Notes: generated by a model not told the origin, from the letters alone. 64,000 nucleotides of DNA from Bacilli bacterium (GCA_035361955.1 DAOSDC010000004.1:14916-78915), one strand, 5' to 3'; shown: positions 47,179 to 57,741, counted from the first letter of the stretch. A program made the numbers and translations.

Positions 47179-47377
47179 ATGATTTCCTTAATCCAATCTT
47201 AATAATATATTAATCAAAAATAAAGTTAATAAGGCTTTTTACCCATGATATTGAAAAAATGGTCATTTGACAATAATTTGGAGGTATAAATCATTTTTTT
47301 AATTCGCATCCAAACAATGATTTTAGTTATTTTAACTAAGCGAACTAACGATGAGATAAAAAGCGACATGTTATAAT

Positions 47378-48862
47378 TTGCGTATGAAACTTTGGACCAA
47401 CGGACATTTCCATACGATGGTTGATGAAACTTCCTGTTTCAATAACGTTTTGACTAACGAAGGAAAAATTGTGGCCACTAATGTTAATGAGGCGGACTAT
47501 CCTATGGCCGAACGCATTGATTTAGGTGGTCACCATGTCTATCCGGGCATGGTTGATGCTCATTTACATCTGATTGGTTATGGACAAAAACTTGCCCGGA
47601 TTGATTTATCGAAACACCACGATAAAAAAGCCATCATCGAAATACTGATGACTTCACATGGCGAGCAAATAATCGCCGAGGGGTATCACGATATCGGAAT
47701 CACCAAATTTGACTTAGATAATATATCGGACGCAAAACCAATCGTTTTGACGCATAACGATTACCATTCAGTTACCATCAATAGCGTAGCCCTTAAAATT
47801 GCAAATACCGATTCCCCGACAGGCATTTTGACTGAAGATGAAGCCAAAATCGTGACTTCACGGGTCTTGACCTACGATAAAGCAACATTGAAAAGATACT
47901 TTGCCACAGCCCTTAAACAGCTTCATGAATATGGGATTACGGGCGGGCATAGCGACGATTTGTCCTACTTTGGAGATATGAGGCGCACATATGAAGCGAT
48001 TGACGAAACATTAAAGGAACTACCGTTTCGCGCGCATCTATTAGTCCATTACCGCATTTTCAATCAGTGGCGCACTATCGCTTCTGATATCAATAATCCG
48101 TATCTCGAATATGGTGCGGTCAAACTGTTTTACGATGGGACATTGTCCTCTAAAACAGCACTGGTAACAAGTAAATATTGTGGTAGTGACCAACAAGGAC
48201 TCCGCATGCATTCAATCGATGAATTCAAGTCATTGGTAGCCCACGCTCGATCATTTGGATATACGGTCGCCATTCACGTCATCGGTGATAAGGCACTAGA
48301 CGAAGTATGCGACATTTTATTGGCACTGCCACCAAGGCCAGGCCAAAAAGATCGCATCATTCACGCCTCACTAGCGACAAAGAACACCATTAAAAAATTG
48401 GCGAAGCTTCCGGCGATTTTCGATATTCAACCACTGTTCGTGACCAGCGACCTGCCATATATGAATCGCTTATTTGTTTCAAAACCCAAGCTTATTTATC
48501 CTTGGAAATCATATCTGGATCAGGGGTTGATATTACTTGGTAGTTCCGACGCTCCGGTTGAAGATCCTAATCCGCTTTTAGGCATCCATGCGCTTGTCAC
48601 CCGTCAATCAAATAATAATGGCAAAGTCTATCATCCATCACAGCGCATCGATCGGTTTAAAGCTACGCAGATGTATACGACCGACTATGCGGTGATTACC
48701 AACACTCCAACGATGAGAGGGTATATCGACATTGGCTATCTATCCGATTTCACCGTTTATGCACATGATATATTGACCTGCCCGCTTGAACAATTAAAGT
48801 CATTAAAGCCAAGCATGACCGTGATTGATGAAAAAATCGTCTACAAGACGATTAATCAATGA
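47378..48862 (+). CDS. Amidohydrolase-3 family metal-dependent hydrolase
   Basis: HVYPGMVDAHLHLIGYG metal-binding motif, with a distal HASLAT...DAP region. A TATAAT box sits 9 nt upstream with no SD, so the transcript may be leaderless. Confidence 0.6.
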   Translation: MRMKLWTNGHFHTMVDETSCFNNVLTNEGKIVATNVNEADYPMAERIDLGGHHVYPGMVDAHLHLIGYGQKLARIDLSKHHDKKAIIEILMTSHGEQIIAEGYHDIGITKFDLDNISDAKPIVLTHNDYHSVTINSVALKIANTDSPTGILTEDEAKIVTSRVLTYDKATLKRYFATALKQLHEYGITGGHSDDLSYFGDMRRTYEAIDETLKELPFRAHLLVHYRIFNQWRTIASDINNPYLEYGAVKLFYDGTLSSKTALVTSKYCGSDQQGLRMHSIDEFKSLVAHARSFGYTVAIHVIGDKALDEVCDILLALPPRPGQKDRIIHASLATKNTIKKLAKLPAIFDIQPLFVTSDLPYMNRLFVSKPKLIYPWKSYLDQGLILLGSSDAPVEDPNPLLGIHALVTRQSNNNGKVYHPSQRIDRFKATQMYTTDYAVITNTPTMRGYIDIGYLSDFTVYAHDILTCPLEQLKSLKPSMTVIDEKIVYKTINQ

Positions 48863-48880
48863 TGCTTTTTGATTAACGTG

Positions 48881-49411
48881 CTAGTTACTGCAAGCGAGGA
48901 AGCGATGCTCGATTTCTTCGACTAGATCGAGAAAAACCTTTTCGAGATCAAACTCGATGTTTGCCAACATCATCATCGATGTTGCCAGCAAACCCTGGCT
49001 AAAAGATGTTTGTTTGACGTTTAATCCAATACCGATAATCAGATATTCATATGCACCAGATATCTGACGCGTCTCAAGCAACATTCCGGCTATTTTTTTG
49101 TCATCGACGTAAATGTCGTTGGGTAACTTAATTCGCGAGGATATTCCATAATTGCTCAGCATCATCACGATCGCGTCTAATGTGGCCCGTTCATATGACT
49201 TAATGATGTTTGAATCTAGTCCGCTTTTAATCAAGAGCGAGAATAACAGATTCTTTCCATCATCGCTTTCCCAACGGCGAGTGAATTGACCGCGACCCCT
49301 TGTTTGGTAATCGGCCCGAATCAGTGAAAAATCATTCAGCGTCCGAAAGTTTTGTTTTGCATAATCAGAGGTTGAATCAAGAATTTCGAACTTTTTAATG
49401 TCAAAGTTCAT
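48881..49411 (-). CDS. birA: Biotin--[acetyl-CoA-carboxylase] ligase, catalytic domain only (group I BirA, no DNA-binding domain)
   Basis: RGRGQFTRRWES..GKNLLFSL (the GRGRxGRxW motif). 176 aa. Confidence 0.7.
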   Translation of the reverse strand: MNFDIKKFEILDSTSDYAKQNFRTLNDFSLIRADYQTRGRGQFTRRWESDDGKNLLFSLLIKSGLDSNIIKSYERATLDAIVMMLSNYGISSRIKLPNDIYVDDKKIAGMLLETRQISGAYEYLIIGIGLNVKQTSFSQGLLATSMMMLANIEFDLEKVFLDLVEEIEHRFLACSN

Positions 49412-49412
49412 A

Positions 49413-49838
49413 TTAAGAAGTTATCGCAAAGGAGCAGGTGGCTTCTGCGGCAACTTCGTCTCCAACAAACGCTTTAAATTTTCCGATACCGTAATAGCTG
49501 CGTAGCTTGATGATGTCTATTTCGAGTCGCAGAACATCTCCCGGAATCACTTTGCGGCGAAACTTAGCGTTATCGATTCCCGCAAAATAGGCGAGTTTTC
49601 CTTTAAAACTATCATGGGTCAGTAAGCAAACAGCACCTACTTGGGCCAACGCTTCGATAATAAGCACGCCAGGCATGACTGGCATCCCAGGAAAATGGCC
49701 AGGAACCCAAAAATCGTCAGCATTAACGAGCTTGGTGCCCACCGCTCGTTTGGTGGGAATAAGTTCGATAATTTCGTCAATTAATAAAAATGGTTGGCGA
49801 TGCGGAATGATCGCCTCAATATCTTTCCTTGATAACAT
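49413..49838 (-). CDS. fabZ: 3-hydroxyacyl-ACP dehydratase
   Basis: LPHRQPFLLIDEI...GHFPGMPVMPGVLIIEALAQ. Confidence 0.9.
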   Translation of the reverse strand: MLSRKDIEAIIPHRQPFLLIDEIIELIPTKRAVGTKLVNADDFWVPGHFPGMPVMPGVLIIEALAQVGAVCLLTHDSFKGKLAYFAGIDNAKFRRKVIPGDVLRLEIDIIKLRSYYGIGKFKAFVGDEVAAEATCSFAITS

Positions 49839-49841
49839 ACC

Positions 49842-51074
49842 TTAAACCTTCTTAAAGACAACAGCGGCGTTTTGGCCACCGAAACCCATATTGATATTCA
49901 TCGAAACGTTAACATTGCGTTTGACGCTATGTCCAAGCGTGTAGTTTAAATCGCAATCGGCATCGGTTTCCGTCGTGTTAATCGTGGGAGGAATCATGCC
50001 ATCGCGTAGCGCAAGCACGGCGACGATCGATTCGACAGCGCCAGCGGCGCCAAGCATGTGTCCGGTCATCGATTTTGTCGATGATAGATTCAATCGATAC
50101 GCATGTTCTTTAAACGCTTTCTTGACAGCGATCGACTCGATTTTATCGTTGAGGACGGTCGAAGTACCATGCGCGTTGATATAATCGACTTCTTCTGGTT
50201 TTAGATTAGCTTCTTGTAACGCATGAAGGAAACATGCGGCGATGCTTTCGCCTGTTTCATCGGGTGCCGTCATGTGGAAGGCATCGCTTGTGGCTCCAAA
50301 ACCAACGATTTCGGCATATATCTTGGCCCCTCGAGCAACGGCGTGCTCGTATTCTTCCAAAATCATGACGCCGGCACCTTCGCCGACGACGAAGCCGCTA
50401 CGCTGTTTATCAAACGGAATTGAAGCGCGCTGTGGATCGTTAGAAAAATTTAAGGCGCGCATGACAGTGAAACCGCCGATACCCAGCGGATTAATCGCCG
50501 ATTCGGCGCCACCCGCTAAAGCAATGTCAAGATATCCATGTTTAATATATCGAAACGCTTCGCCGATACCATTTGTGCCTGATGAACAAGCGGTAACCAC
50601 GGGAATGTTTGGTCCTTTGATGTTGTATTTGATGGTGATGTGACCGCCGATGAGGTTAACGATAGAATTTGGAATAAAGAAGGGGGACATGCGATCAGCG
50701 CCTTTTTGTCCAGCCACTTGGCTTTCCGACCAAATGGAATCGGTGCCACCCATTCCGGATGTGACAAAACTTCCAATCCGATAGCGGTCGATTTCGACAT
50801 GTGGCAATCCAGCGTCTTCATACGCTTGCGAAGCGGCGACAAGTCCTAATACGATTGTGCGGTCTAATCTGGCCACTTGGCGTGGTTCGACATAACGGCT
50901 CGGATCAAAGTTTTTAACTTCTCCAGCGATTTTTACGCGCATTTGCGAGGCATCGTAGTGGGTAATCGGTCCAATGCCATTAACTCCATTTAACATCGCT
51001 TGCCAAGTGGTATTCACATCCTGGCCCAGCGGCGTGACCATGCCTAAACCAGTGACGACAACTCTTCGTTCCAT
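49842..51074 (-). CDS. fabF: 3-oxoacyl-ACP synthase II
   Basis: Start at MERRVVVTGLG (RBS AAAGGAG). KAS active-site region ACSSG...HGTST. Confidence 0.9.
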   Translation of the reverse strand: MERRVVVTGLGMVTPLGQDVNTTWQAMLNGVNGIGPITHYDASQMRVKIAGEVKNFDPSRYVEPRQVARLDRTIVLGLVAASQAYEDAGLPHVEIDRYRIGSFVTSGMGGTDSIWSESQVAGQKGADRMSPFFIPNSIVNLIGGHITIKYNIKGPNIPVVTACSSGTNGIGEAFRYIKHGYLDIALAGGAESAINPLGIGGFTVMRALNFSNDPQRASIPFDKQRSGFVVGEGAGVMILEEYEHAVARGAKIYAEIVGFGATSDAFHMTAPDETGESIAACFLHALQEANLKPEEVDYINAHGTSTVLNDKIESIAVKKAFKEHAYRLNLSSTKSMTGHMLGAAGAVESIVAVLALRDGMIPPTINTTETDADCDLNYTLGHSVKRNVNVSMNINMGFGGQNAAVVFKKV

Positions 51075-51084
51075 ATTTGCTCCT

Positions 51085-51831
51085 TTAATACATTGATAAA
51101 CCACCGTCGACGCACAGCGTCACCCCGGTGATGTATGATGCTTGTTCGCTTGCTAAAAATATCGTGGCTGCGGCGACGTCTTGACATGTGCCCATGCGTC
51201 CAAGTGGAATCGCTTTTATGGCTGTTTCGATAATGACATCAGCAAGTTTTTTGGTCATGTCAGTGTCGATGAAACCTGGAACGATGGCGTTGACGGTAAT
51301 TTGTTTGGAGGCGAATTCGCGGGCTAATGATTTGGTGAGGCCGATGACGCCGGCTTTGGCAGCGCTGTAGTTACTTTGACCGGCATTTCCAAGCAGTCCC
51401 GATACCGAAGAAATGTTGATAATGCGGCCGCTACCCTGTCTCAGCATTGGTCGCGCGACATGTTTTGATAGTGCCCAAACCGCTTTCAAGTCAGTGGCGA
51501 TGACTCGGTCGAATTGCGCTTCGTTCATCCGCAAAATCAGGCCATCGTCGGTGACCCCAGCGTTATTAACGAGCACGTCGATGCGACCAAATGCTTCAAG
51601 CGTTTCTTTGATTAATCGTTCGCATTCACTGTATTTGGATATGTCGGCCTTGATGGACACGGCCTTGCCGCCTAGTTGTTTGATTTCTTCGATTAATTGG
51701 GCTGCAGCTTGTTCGCTGGAGTTATAATGAACGACTAATTGATAACCCTGTTTTGCGAAAGCTTGGGAGATCGCTTTACCGATACCAGCGGCGCCTCCGG
51801 TCACTAGGACGACTTGTTCAGATGAGTTCAT
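51085..51831 (-). CDS. fabG: 3-oxoacyl-ACP reductase (SDR)
   Basis: TGGAAGIGKA Rossmann motif. YSAAKAG catalytic motif. Confidence 0.9.
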   Translation of the reverse strand: MNSSEQVVLVTGGAAGIGKAISQAFAKQGYQLVVHYNSSEQAAAQLIEEIKQLGGKAVSIKADISKYSECERLIKETLEAFGRIDVLVNNAGVTDDGLILRMNEAQFDRVIATDLKAVWALSKHVARPMLRQGSGRIINISSVSGLLGNAGQSNYSAAKAGVIGLTKSLAREFASKQITVNAIVPGFIDTDMTKKLADVIIETAIKAIPLGRMGTCQDVAAATIFLASEQASYITGVTLCVDGGLSMY

Positions 51832-52774
51832 GGGTTTGTAACCATCCTTTCAAAGATTCAAAATCCGACGTTTTTTGATAACTGAATACTTCAATTTCCG
51901 GCGCGCATTTACGAATAAGTCCGGCGAGCACCGTGCCCGGTCCGATTTCGATCACACAGGTGATGCCAGCCTCTTTAAGCGCGGTCACCGTCTGCTCAAA
52001 TAATACAGGTTTTTCAATCTGTTCGGCCATTCGAAGTTTGATTTCATCAAAACATAGCGGTTTTGCGGTTGTATTCATAATGATTGGAGTGTGTGGTTTG
52101 GACAATGATGAGGTTTCTAGCGCTTGTTCAAAGGCGATACGGGCACTATGCATAAGTGGCGAGTGGAAGGCGCCGCTGACTGCTAGTGGCATCGCCCGTC
52201 TGGCTCCAGCCGATAGGCAGGCACCACTTGCGCGTTTGACGGCTTCGGTGTTTCCACTGATGACGATTTGGCCGGGGCAATTGAAATTGGCGGGAACAAC
52301 GATTTCTTGATCGGTTGAAGATTGGACACAGGCAGCAATTGTTTTAGGAATATCCAGGCCTAAAATAGCGGCCATCGCTCCTGGATGTTTTGTTGCCGCA
52401 TCATGCATCAACCTCGCGCGTATATTAATTAATCGAAACGCTTCTTTGGTGGAAAAAACGCCTCCAGCGTATAACGCGGCATATTCTCCAAGCGAGAAGC
52501 CACACAATGCTTCTGGCTTAAGATTCAATTCTTGGATTAGGTGTTCATATAAAAGCAGTTCGGCTAATAGCATGGCTGGTTGCGTATAGATCGTTTCATG
52601 AATTCGGGTATCGCCTTGAGCAATAATGTCTTGTAACGGAGCACCGGTTTCTTGTGTAGCGATATCAATGATGTTTTTAAGATTGGGGAGTCGCTCAATA
52701 ACATCAAGACCCATTCCTGCGGTTTGCGCTCCTTGCCCGGGGAAAGCTAGTGCTAATTTGTGTTTCATGCTCAT
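51818..52774 (-). CDS. fabD: Malonyl-CoA:ACP transacylase
   Basis: FPGQGAQ and GFSLGEYAALYAGG active-site motifs. The start overlaps the fabH stop (ATGA). Confidence 0.9.
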   Translation of the reverse strand: MSMKHKLALAFPGQGAQTAGMGLDVIERLPNLKNIIDIATQETGAPLQDIIAQGDTRIHETIYTQPAMLLAELLLYEHLIQELNLKPEALCGFSLGEYAALYAGGVFSTKEAFRLINIRARLMHDAATKHPGAMAAILGLDIPKTIAACVQSSTDQEIVVPANFNCPGQIVISGNTEAVKRASGACLSAGARRAMPLAVSGAFHSPLMHSARIAFEQALETSSLSKPHTPIIMNTTAKPLCFDEIKLRMAEQIEKPVLFEQTVTALKEAGITCVIEIGPGTVLAGLIRKCAPEIEVFSYQKTSDFESLKGWLQTHELI

Positions 52775-53706
52775 ATCGTAATAATGGCGCTTCCCCACGT
52801 TAGGCCGCCACCGAAGCCGACTAACATAATGCGCTCTCCGGCGACCTTGGGATGCGTGTCGAAATATTCGTCAAGGCCAATCGGGATGCTGGCCGCCGAG
52901 GTGTTACCGTATTTTTCAATGTTCATATGAAATAAATCAAGCGGGACTTGTAATGATTCGGCCACCGATTCGATGATGCGGGAGTTGGCTTGATGAGGAA
53001 TGATTTTTGCTAAGTCAGCCATACCAATATGATAATACGCCAGCACCTTGTACATTGCTTTTTTGATGGCTTCGATGGCAAAACGATAAACCTTGCGACC
53101 GTTCATGCTTACATGTTCTTTAACGATGAGCGCATCATCGATGTCACCTTCACTAGCGGTATAAAAAAGAGCCCGTTGATTCGATTCGCCGGCACCAATG
53201 ATAATCGCCCCAGCCCCATCTCCAAACAAAATGCACGTATTGCGGTCGGTATAGTCGACCATTTTGGTGATTACTTCGGCTCCAATCACTAACGCATAAC
53301 GGGCCATGCCCGATTGGACATAGGCGGCCGCGGCTTGGAGGGCATAAATAAATCCGGTGCAGGCAGCGCTGATGTCAAAACAGGTGATGTCGCGGTGGTT
53401 AAGACCAAGCTTTGATTGGACGAGGGAAGCCGTTGAAGGCACCTTCATATCAGGCGTAAACGTGGCCACGACGATCATGTCAATCATTTCTTTATCAATG
53501 TTGGCTTTGGCCAAAGCGTTTTGCGCGGCTTTTGTCGCTAAGTCACTCGTATCTTCGCCGACGGCTTTATGACGGGTTAAAATACCGGTGTGGTCAACAA
53601 TCCAATCATTGGAAGTGGCCACCATTTTTTCTAAATCTTCATTAGTGATAATTGTTTCGGGAATATAACGACCAGTCCCGACGATGCGTAAATGTGTTTC
53701 TTTCAT
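52771..53706 (-). CDS. fabH: 3-oxoacyl-ACP synthase III
   Basis: Cys-His-Asn KAS III pattern (AACTGF..., HQAN). Confidence 0.9.
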   Translation of the reverse strand: MKETHLRIVGTGRYIPETIITNEDLEKMVATSNDWIVDHTGILTRHKAVGEDTSDLATKAAQNALAKANIDKEMIDMIVVATFTPDMKVPSTASLVQSKLGLNHRDITCFDISAACTGFIYALQAAAAYVQSGMARYALVIGAEVITKMVDYTDRNTCILFGDGAGAIIIGAGESNQRALFYTASEGDIDDALIVKEHVSMNGRKVYRFAIEAIKKAMYKVLAYYHIGMADLAKIIPHQANSRIIESVAESLQVPLDLFHMNIEKYGNTSAASIPIGLDEYFDTHPKVAGERIMLVGFGGGLTWGSAIITI

Positions 53707-53715
53707 GGTGATGAT

Positions 53716-54528
53716 TCATTCTTTGTAAGCGCCGATGCGGCGGTATTTAAGGTAACGATTGTTAAGGATTGTTTCGCTTGATTGGCAACATAGACGCTTC
53801 AAGTCCTTTTTGATGGTTGTTCTAATTTGTCCAATCGTGTATTCAATGTCTTCATGGAATCCGCCGGGTGCTTCTTTAATCTTGCCATCGATGATGTGGT
53901 AAGATTGTAAATCTTCGGCGGTTAATTTCATGAGCCCAGCCGCCTTCTTGGCTAGTGTACTGTCTTTGAACAATATCGAAGCGAATCCTTCGGGTGATAG
54001 AATCGAATAAATACTATTTTCGAGCATGTACACCTTGTCGGCGACACCGATGGCGAGGGCGCCACCAGAGCCACCTTCGCTGATGACGAAAGCGATAATC
54101 GGGGTCTTGATGCTCGACATTTCAAATAAATTGTAAGCAATCGCTTGGGCTTGGCCGCGTTCTTCGGCTCCGATGCCCGGATATGCCCCAGGCGTGTCGA
54201 TGAACACGATGATGGGACGGTGGAACTTTTCGGCTTGACGCATCGCACGTAATGCTTTGCGGTATCCTTCGGGATGAGGCATGCCGAAATTACGTTTGAT
54301 GCGTTCTGGTGTCGAGATGCCTTTTTCTTGGGCGATGATTGTCACGGGTGTGCCTTCAAAACTACCGATGCCAACGATAAACGCCTTGTCATCGCTAAAT
54401 TGGCGGTCCCCCGCTAATTCGATGAAATCATCAAAGACACGCGGGATAATCGATTGTGAAGTCGGGCGTTTGGGATGACGCGCCAGTTTTATTCGAGCCC
54501 AAATGGCGTCTTCGTGAGTTTGACTCAT
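53716..54528 (-). CDS. accA: Acetyl-CoA carboxylase carboxyltransferase alpha subunit
   Basis: Typical AccA sequence (IDTPGAYPGIGAEERGQAQAIA). Confidence 0.9.
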   Translation of the reverse strand: MSQTHEDAIWARIKLARHPKRPTSQSIIPRVFDDFIELAGDRQFSDDKAFIVGIGSFEGTPVTIIAQEKGISTPERIKRNFGMPHPEGYRKALRAMRQAEKFHRPIIVFIDTPGAYPGIGAEERGQAQAIAYNLFEMSSIKTPIIAFVISEGGSGGALAIGVADKVYMLENSIYSILSPEGFASILFKDSTLAKKAAGLMKLTAEDLQSYHIIDGKIKEAPGGFHEDIEYTIGQIRTTIKKDLKRLCCQSSETILNNRYLKYRRIGAYKE

Positions 54529-55394
54529 TGGTGTGCACCATATCCGTGTAATTGTAATAGTTTGATTAACAAAGGTCGAATTTGCGCGCGTTTAGCCACG
54601 ATGTCGACTTGACCATGATCGAGTTGAAACGATGAAGTTTGGAAACCTTCTGGTAGATCTTGTTGGATTGTTTGCTTGATGACGCGGGGACCGGCGAAGC
54701 CGATTAAAGCGCCAGGTTCGGCGATAAGAATGTCGCCAAGCGAAGCAAAGCTGGCAGCGACGCCGCCTGTGGTCGGATCGGTAATCACCGAGATGTATAA
54801 AAGTCCTTTGTCGGAGTGACGTTTTATCGCGGCTGATGTTTTCGCCATTTGCATGAGTGAATAAATGCCTTCTTGCATGCGGGCGCCACCAGAGGCGGCC
54901 ACGATGATAAGGGGGAGTTTTTCGCTAATCGAAAGTTCGACTAGACGCGTGATTTTCTCGCCGACGACCGAACCCATCGATCCCATCATGAAAAATGGAT
55001 CAAGCACGCCGAATGCTAACGGAATACTACCGATTGTTCCCGTGCCAGACACAAACGCTTCGTTCATGTTCAGCAGTTGACTGCTTTTCTTCAGTTTCTC
55101 GTCATATTCAGGCATCTCTAGCGGATTTAGCGAAGTCATGCCCTCATCGATTTCATTAAATGAATTTTCATCAAGTGTCACGGTAATGCGTTCTTTGGCG
55201 CTTAACCGAAAATGGTGCTGGCAGTTAGGGCAAACTCGTAAATTGTCATCGAGCACTTTTTGATAAATTGCCCCATGGCATTTATCGCAAGCGATAAAAA
55301 GACCGCCCGGAATGTCGCGGGGCTTAATCTCAGGCGCACTATCCACCTTTTTCAGTTGGTTTTGCGCTTTAAGTTTTTCGATAATGGTGCCCAC
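54525..55394 (-). CDS. accD: Acetyl-CoA carboxylase carboxyltransferase beta subunit
   Basis: N-terminal Cys4 zinc finger CDKCHGAIYQ...CPNCQHH plus a carboxyltransferase domain. Confidence 0.9.
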   Translation of the reverse strand: MGTIIEKLKAQNQLKKVDSAPEIKPRDIPGGLFIACDKCHGAIYQKVLDDNLRVCPNCQHHFRLSAKERITVTLDENSFNEIDEGMTSLNPLEMPEYDEKLKKSSQLLNMNEAFVSGTGTIGSIPLAFGVLDPFFMMGSMGSVVGEKITRLVELSISEKLPLIIVAASGGARMQEGIYSLMQMAKTSAAIKRHSDKGLLYISVITDPTTGGVAASFASLGDILIAEPGALIGFAGPRVIKQTIQQDLPEGFQTSSFQLDHGQVDIVAKRAQIRPLLIKLLQLHGYGAHQ

Positions 55395-56740
55395 TATTTG
55401 GCGCTCTCCAATAGCCTGGTGATGAACCCGGTATCGTAATGACCGTTGATGAACGATTCATTACCGATCACGCATTCTAAAAAGTCGATGTTGGTCTTAA
55501 TCCCTTCAACGCAAAATTCTTTTAACGCCGCGCGCATTTTTTCAATCGCTTCGGCGCGAGTCGGCGCATGGGCGACTAGCTTCGCTAGAAGCGAATCATA
55601 ATGGCACGGAATCGTGTATCCGGCGTATATATGCGTGTCTACCCGAATACCCATGCCACCTGGCAGCGAGACTTTTTCAATCCTACCCGCACATGGCATA
55701 AAGTTACTCTCGGTGTCTTCGGCGTTAATCCGACATTCGATCGCATGACCGCGACTCGTGATTTCGGTTCGTTTGAAACCAACCGGTTGATTCAATGCGA
55801 TGCGAATTTGCTCTTTGACGATGTCGATGCCGGTGACAGCTTCGGTGACTGGATGCTCGACTTGAATGCGCGTGTTCATTTCAATAAAATAGAAGTTGAA
55901 TTTTTGATCGACTAGAAATTCCATCGTGCCCGCCCCTAAATATTTGACGGCTTTGGCAATGCGAATGGCAGCCTGACCCATGCGCCGACGTAATGAGACG
56001 TCAATTAATGGGGAAGGCGTTTCTTCGATGATTTTTTGATTACGCCGTTGCAAGGAACAATCGCGTTCGCCTAAATAGTAGACGTTGCCGCTGCGATCGG
56101 CTAGAATTTGTACCTCGATATGGCGTGGGGTCTCGATGTATTTTTCGACGTAGAGACGCCCACTTCCAAAACTGGTTTCGGCTTCAAGTGACGTTTTGTG
56201 GAATATTGTTTTGAATTCGGCTTCCGAACGAATAATCGAGATGCCGCGACCACCACCACCATTGGTAGCTTTAAGCATGACCGGATAGCCGATTTTCCTG
56301 GCTACTGCTAATCCTTCAGACAATGTTTCAATCGTTCCTTCACTTCCGGTTACGACAGGTACATGGGCGGCTTTAGCGATCTTTTTGGCTGTGGCCTTGT
56401 CACCCATGCTTCGCATAGATGCGGCCGAAGGTCCGATAAATGTGATGTGGCAGCCTTCGACGATTTCGGCAAACTGGGCGTTTTCAGATAAAAAGCCATA
56501 GCCAGGATGAATAAGTGAGACTCCAGTGGCTAAGGCGGCGGAAATAATGTTATTGATGTTGAGATAGCTTTCTTTTGGTGAAGGACCGCCGATACAAACC
56601 GCTTCGTCAGCGAGGCGGACATGTAAACTGTCTTGATCGGCCGTCGAATATACGGCAACCGTTTCCAGTCCCAGTTCGCGACAAGCACGAATAATGCGGA
56701 CCGCGATTTCACCGCGATTGGCAATCAATACCTTGGGCAT
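55394..56740 (-). CDS. accC: Biotin carboxylase
   Basis: ATP-grasp biotin carboxylase motifs throughout (MLKATNGGGGRGI, EMNTRIQVEHPVTE). Confidence 0.9.
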   Translation of the reverse strand: MPKVLIANRGEIAVRIIRACRELGLETVAVYSTADQDSLHVRLADEAVCIGGPSPKESYLNINNIISAALATGVSLIHPGYGFLSENAQFAEIVEGCHITFIGPSAASMRSMGDKATAKKIAKAAHVPVVTGSEGTIETLSEGLAVARKIGYPVMLKATNGGGGRGISIIRSEAEFKTIFHKTSLEAETSFGSGRLYVEKYIETPRHIEVQILADRSGNVYYLGERDCSLQRRNQKIIEETPSPLIDVSLRRRMGQAAIRIAKAVKYLGAGTMEFLVDQKFNFYFIEMNTRIQVEHPVTEAVTGIDIVKEQIRIALNQPVGFKRTEITSRGHAIECRINAEDTESNFMPCAGRIEKVSLPGGMGIRVDTHIYAGYTIPCHYDSLLAKLVAHAPTRAEAIEKMRAALKEFCVEGIKTNIDFLECVIGNESFINGHYDTGFITRLLESAK

Positions 56741-56745
56741 AATGG

Positions 56746-57207
56746 TTACTCTTTCGTCCTAATGACGATCATGGACTGGTCAAAACCGACGACCGATCCG
56801 TTTTTAACGAGTTTCTTTTCGACGACACCATCGCAAGGCGCGGCGATTTCATTCATGATTTTCATCGCCTCGATGATACAAACGGTATCGCCTTTTTTGA
56901 CATTTTGTCCAACTTGAACAAATGGACTCCCTTCGGGAGAATCGCCATCGTAGTAGGTACCCACAAGCGGTGATTTGACATGACGAAGATAAATTTCATC
57001 AGGGTCAGGCGGAATTTGATCTTTAATCGCCGGATTTTGAAGTGCAAGATCGGGATTGGTAATGACCGTTTTTATTTCATGAGTTGACGGGGGCGGAGTG
57101 TCTAGTTTGGACACCGACAATTTGAAATCGCCTTCTTCGATATGAAGCGTGGTCAGCGATGATGCTTCAAAATAGCGAAGCAACTCGTTAATGCGTTTGT
57201 AGTCCAT
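56746..57207 (-). CDS. accB: Biotin carboxyl carrier protein
   Basis: Biotinylation motif EAMKIMNEI. Confidence 0.9.
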   Translation of the reverse strand: MDYKRINELLRYFEASSLTTLHIEEGDFKLSVSKLDTPPPSTHEIKTVITNPDLALQNPAIKDQIPPDPDEIYLRHVKSPLVGTYYDGDSPEGSPFVQVGQNVKKGDTVCIIEAMKIMNEIAAPCDGVVEKKLVKNGSVVGFDQSMIVIRTKE

Positions 57208-57228
57208 GATGATATTAGTGGCTAGCCT

Positions 57229-57459
57229 TTATTGGGCTTGCGCATCGATGTAGTTGACAATGTCGCCGACGGTCACAAATTTGGCCGCGTCTTCATCTTT
57301 GATTGAAATCGAAAACTTGTCTTCGAGTTCCATCACCATTTCGACTGAATCGAGACTGTCGATGTTGAGATCTTCCTTAAGTTTTGTATCCACCGTGATT
57401 GTGTCAACGGCAACTTGAAATTTGTCAGCGATCATTTGGGAGACGGTAGCGAGAGTCAT
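57229..57459 (-). CDS. acpP: Acyl carrier protein
   Basis: LNIDSLDSVEMVMELEDKF with the phosphopantetheine-attachment Ser. Confidence 0.85.
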   Translation of the reverse strand: MTLATVSQMIADKFQVAVDTITVDTKLKEDLNIDSLDSVEMVMELEDKFSISIKDEDAAKFVTVGDIVNYIDAQAQ

Positions 57460-57672
57460 ATGCGAGAATCCTTTCGGTGTTCGGGTTGAAGTGACAATTG
57501 GCGCTCGAATTTTAGTAGGCGTCTCGGCGTTGTTTTATCTTATCATTATGAGGCAATTTGTCAAGAGAGGGCCGAAGCCGCTCTTGTTGTTACAACGATT
57601 TATCCAATAGTCGTAATAATTAATGAAGGCACACTCTCAAAAACAATGCTATGTAGCAAGTTATGAAAACAG

Positions 57673-57724
57673 ACTTTCAAAAGTATCAAAAAAACGGAAG
57701 TTATGTAAATACACTTTCAAAAGT
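57673..57724. repeat. Two copies of a 12-bp palindromic box ACTTTCAAAAGT (57673-57684 and 57713-57724), 40 bp apart, in the divergent intergenic region between the acpP-acc-fab operon and the AAA/DUF4143 gene. A candidate operator pair.
   Basis: Exact direct repeat read from the sequence. Each copy is an inverted repeat (ACTTT-ca-AAAGT). Confidence 0.5.
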
Positions 57725-57741
57725 GTTGATATCTTGTACAA

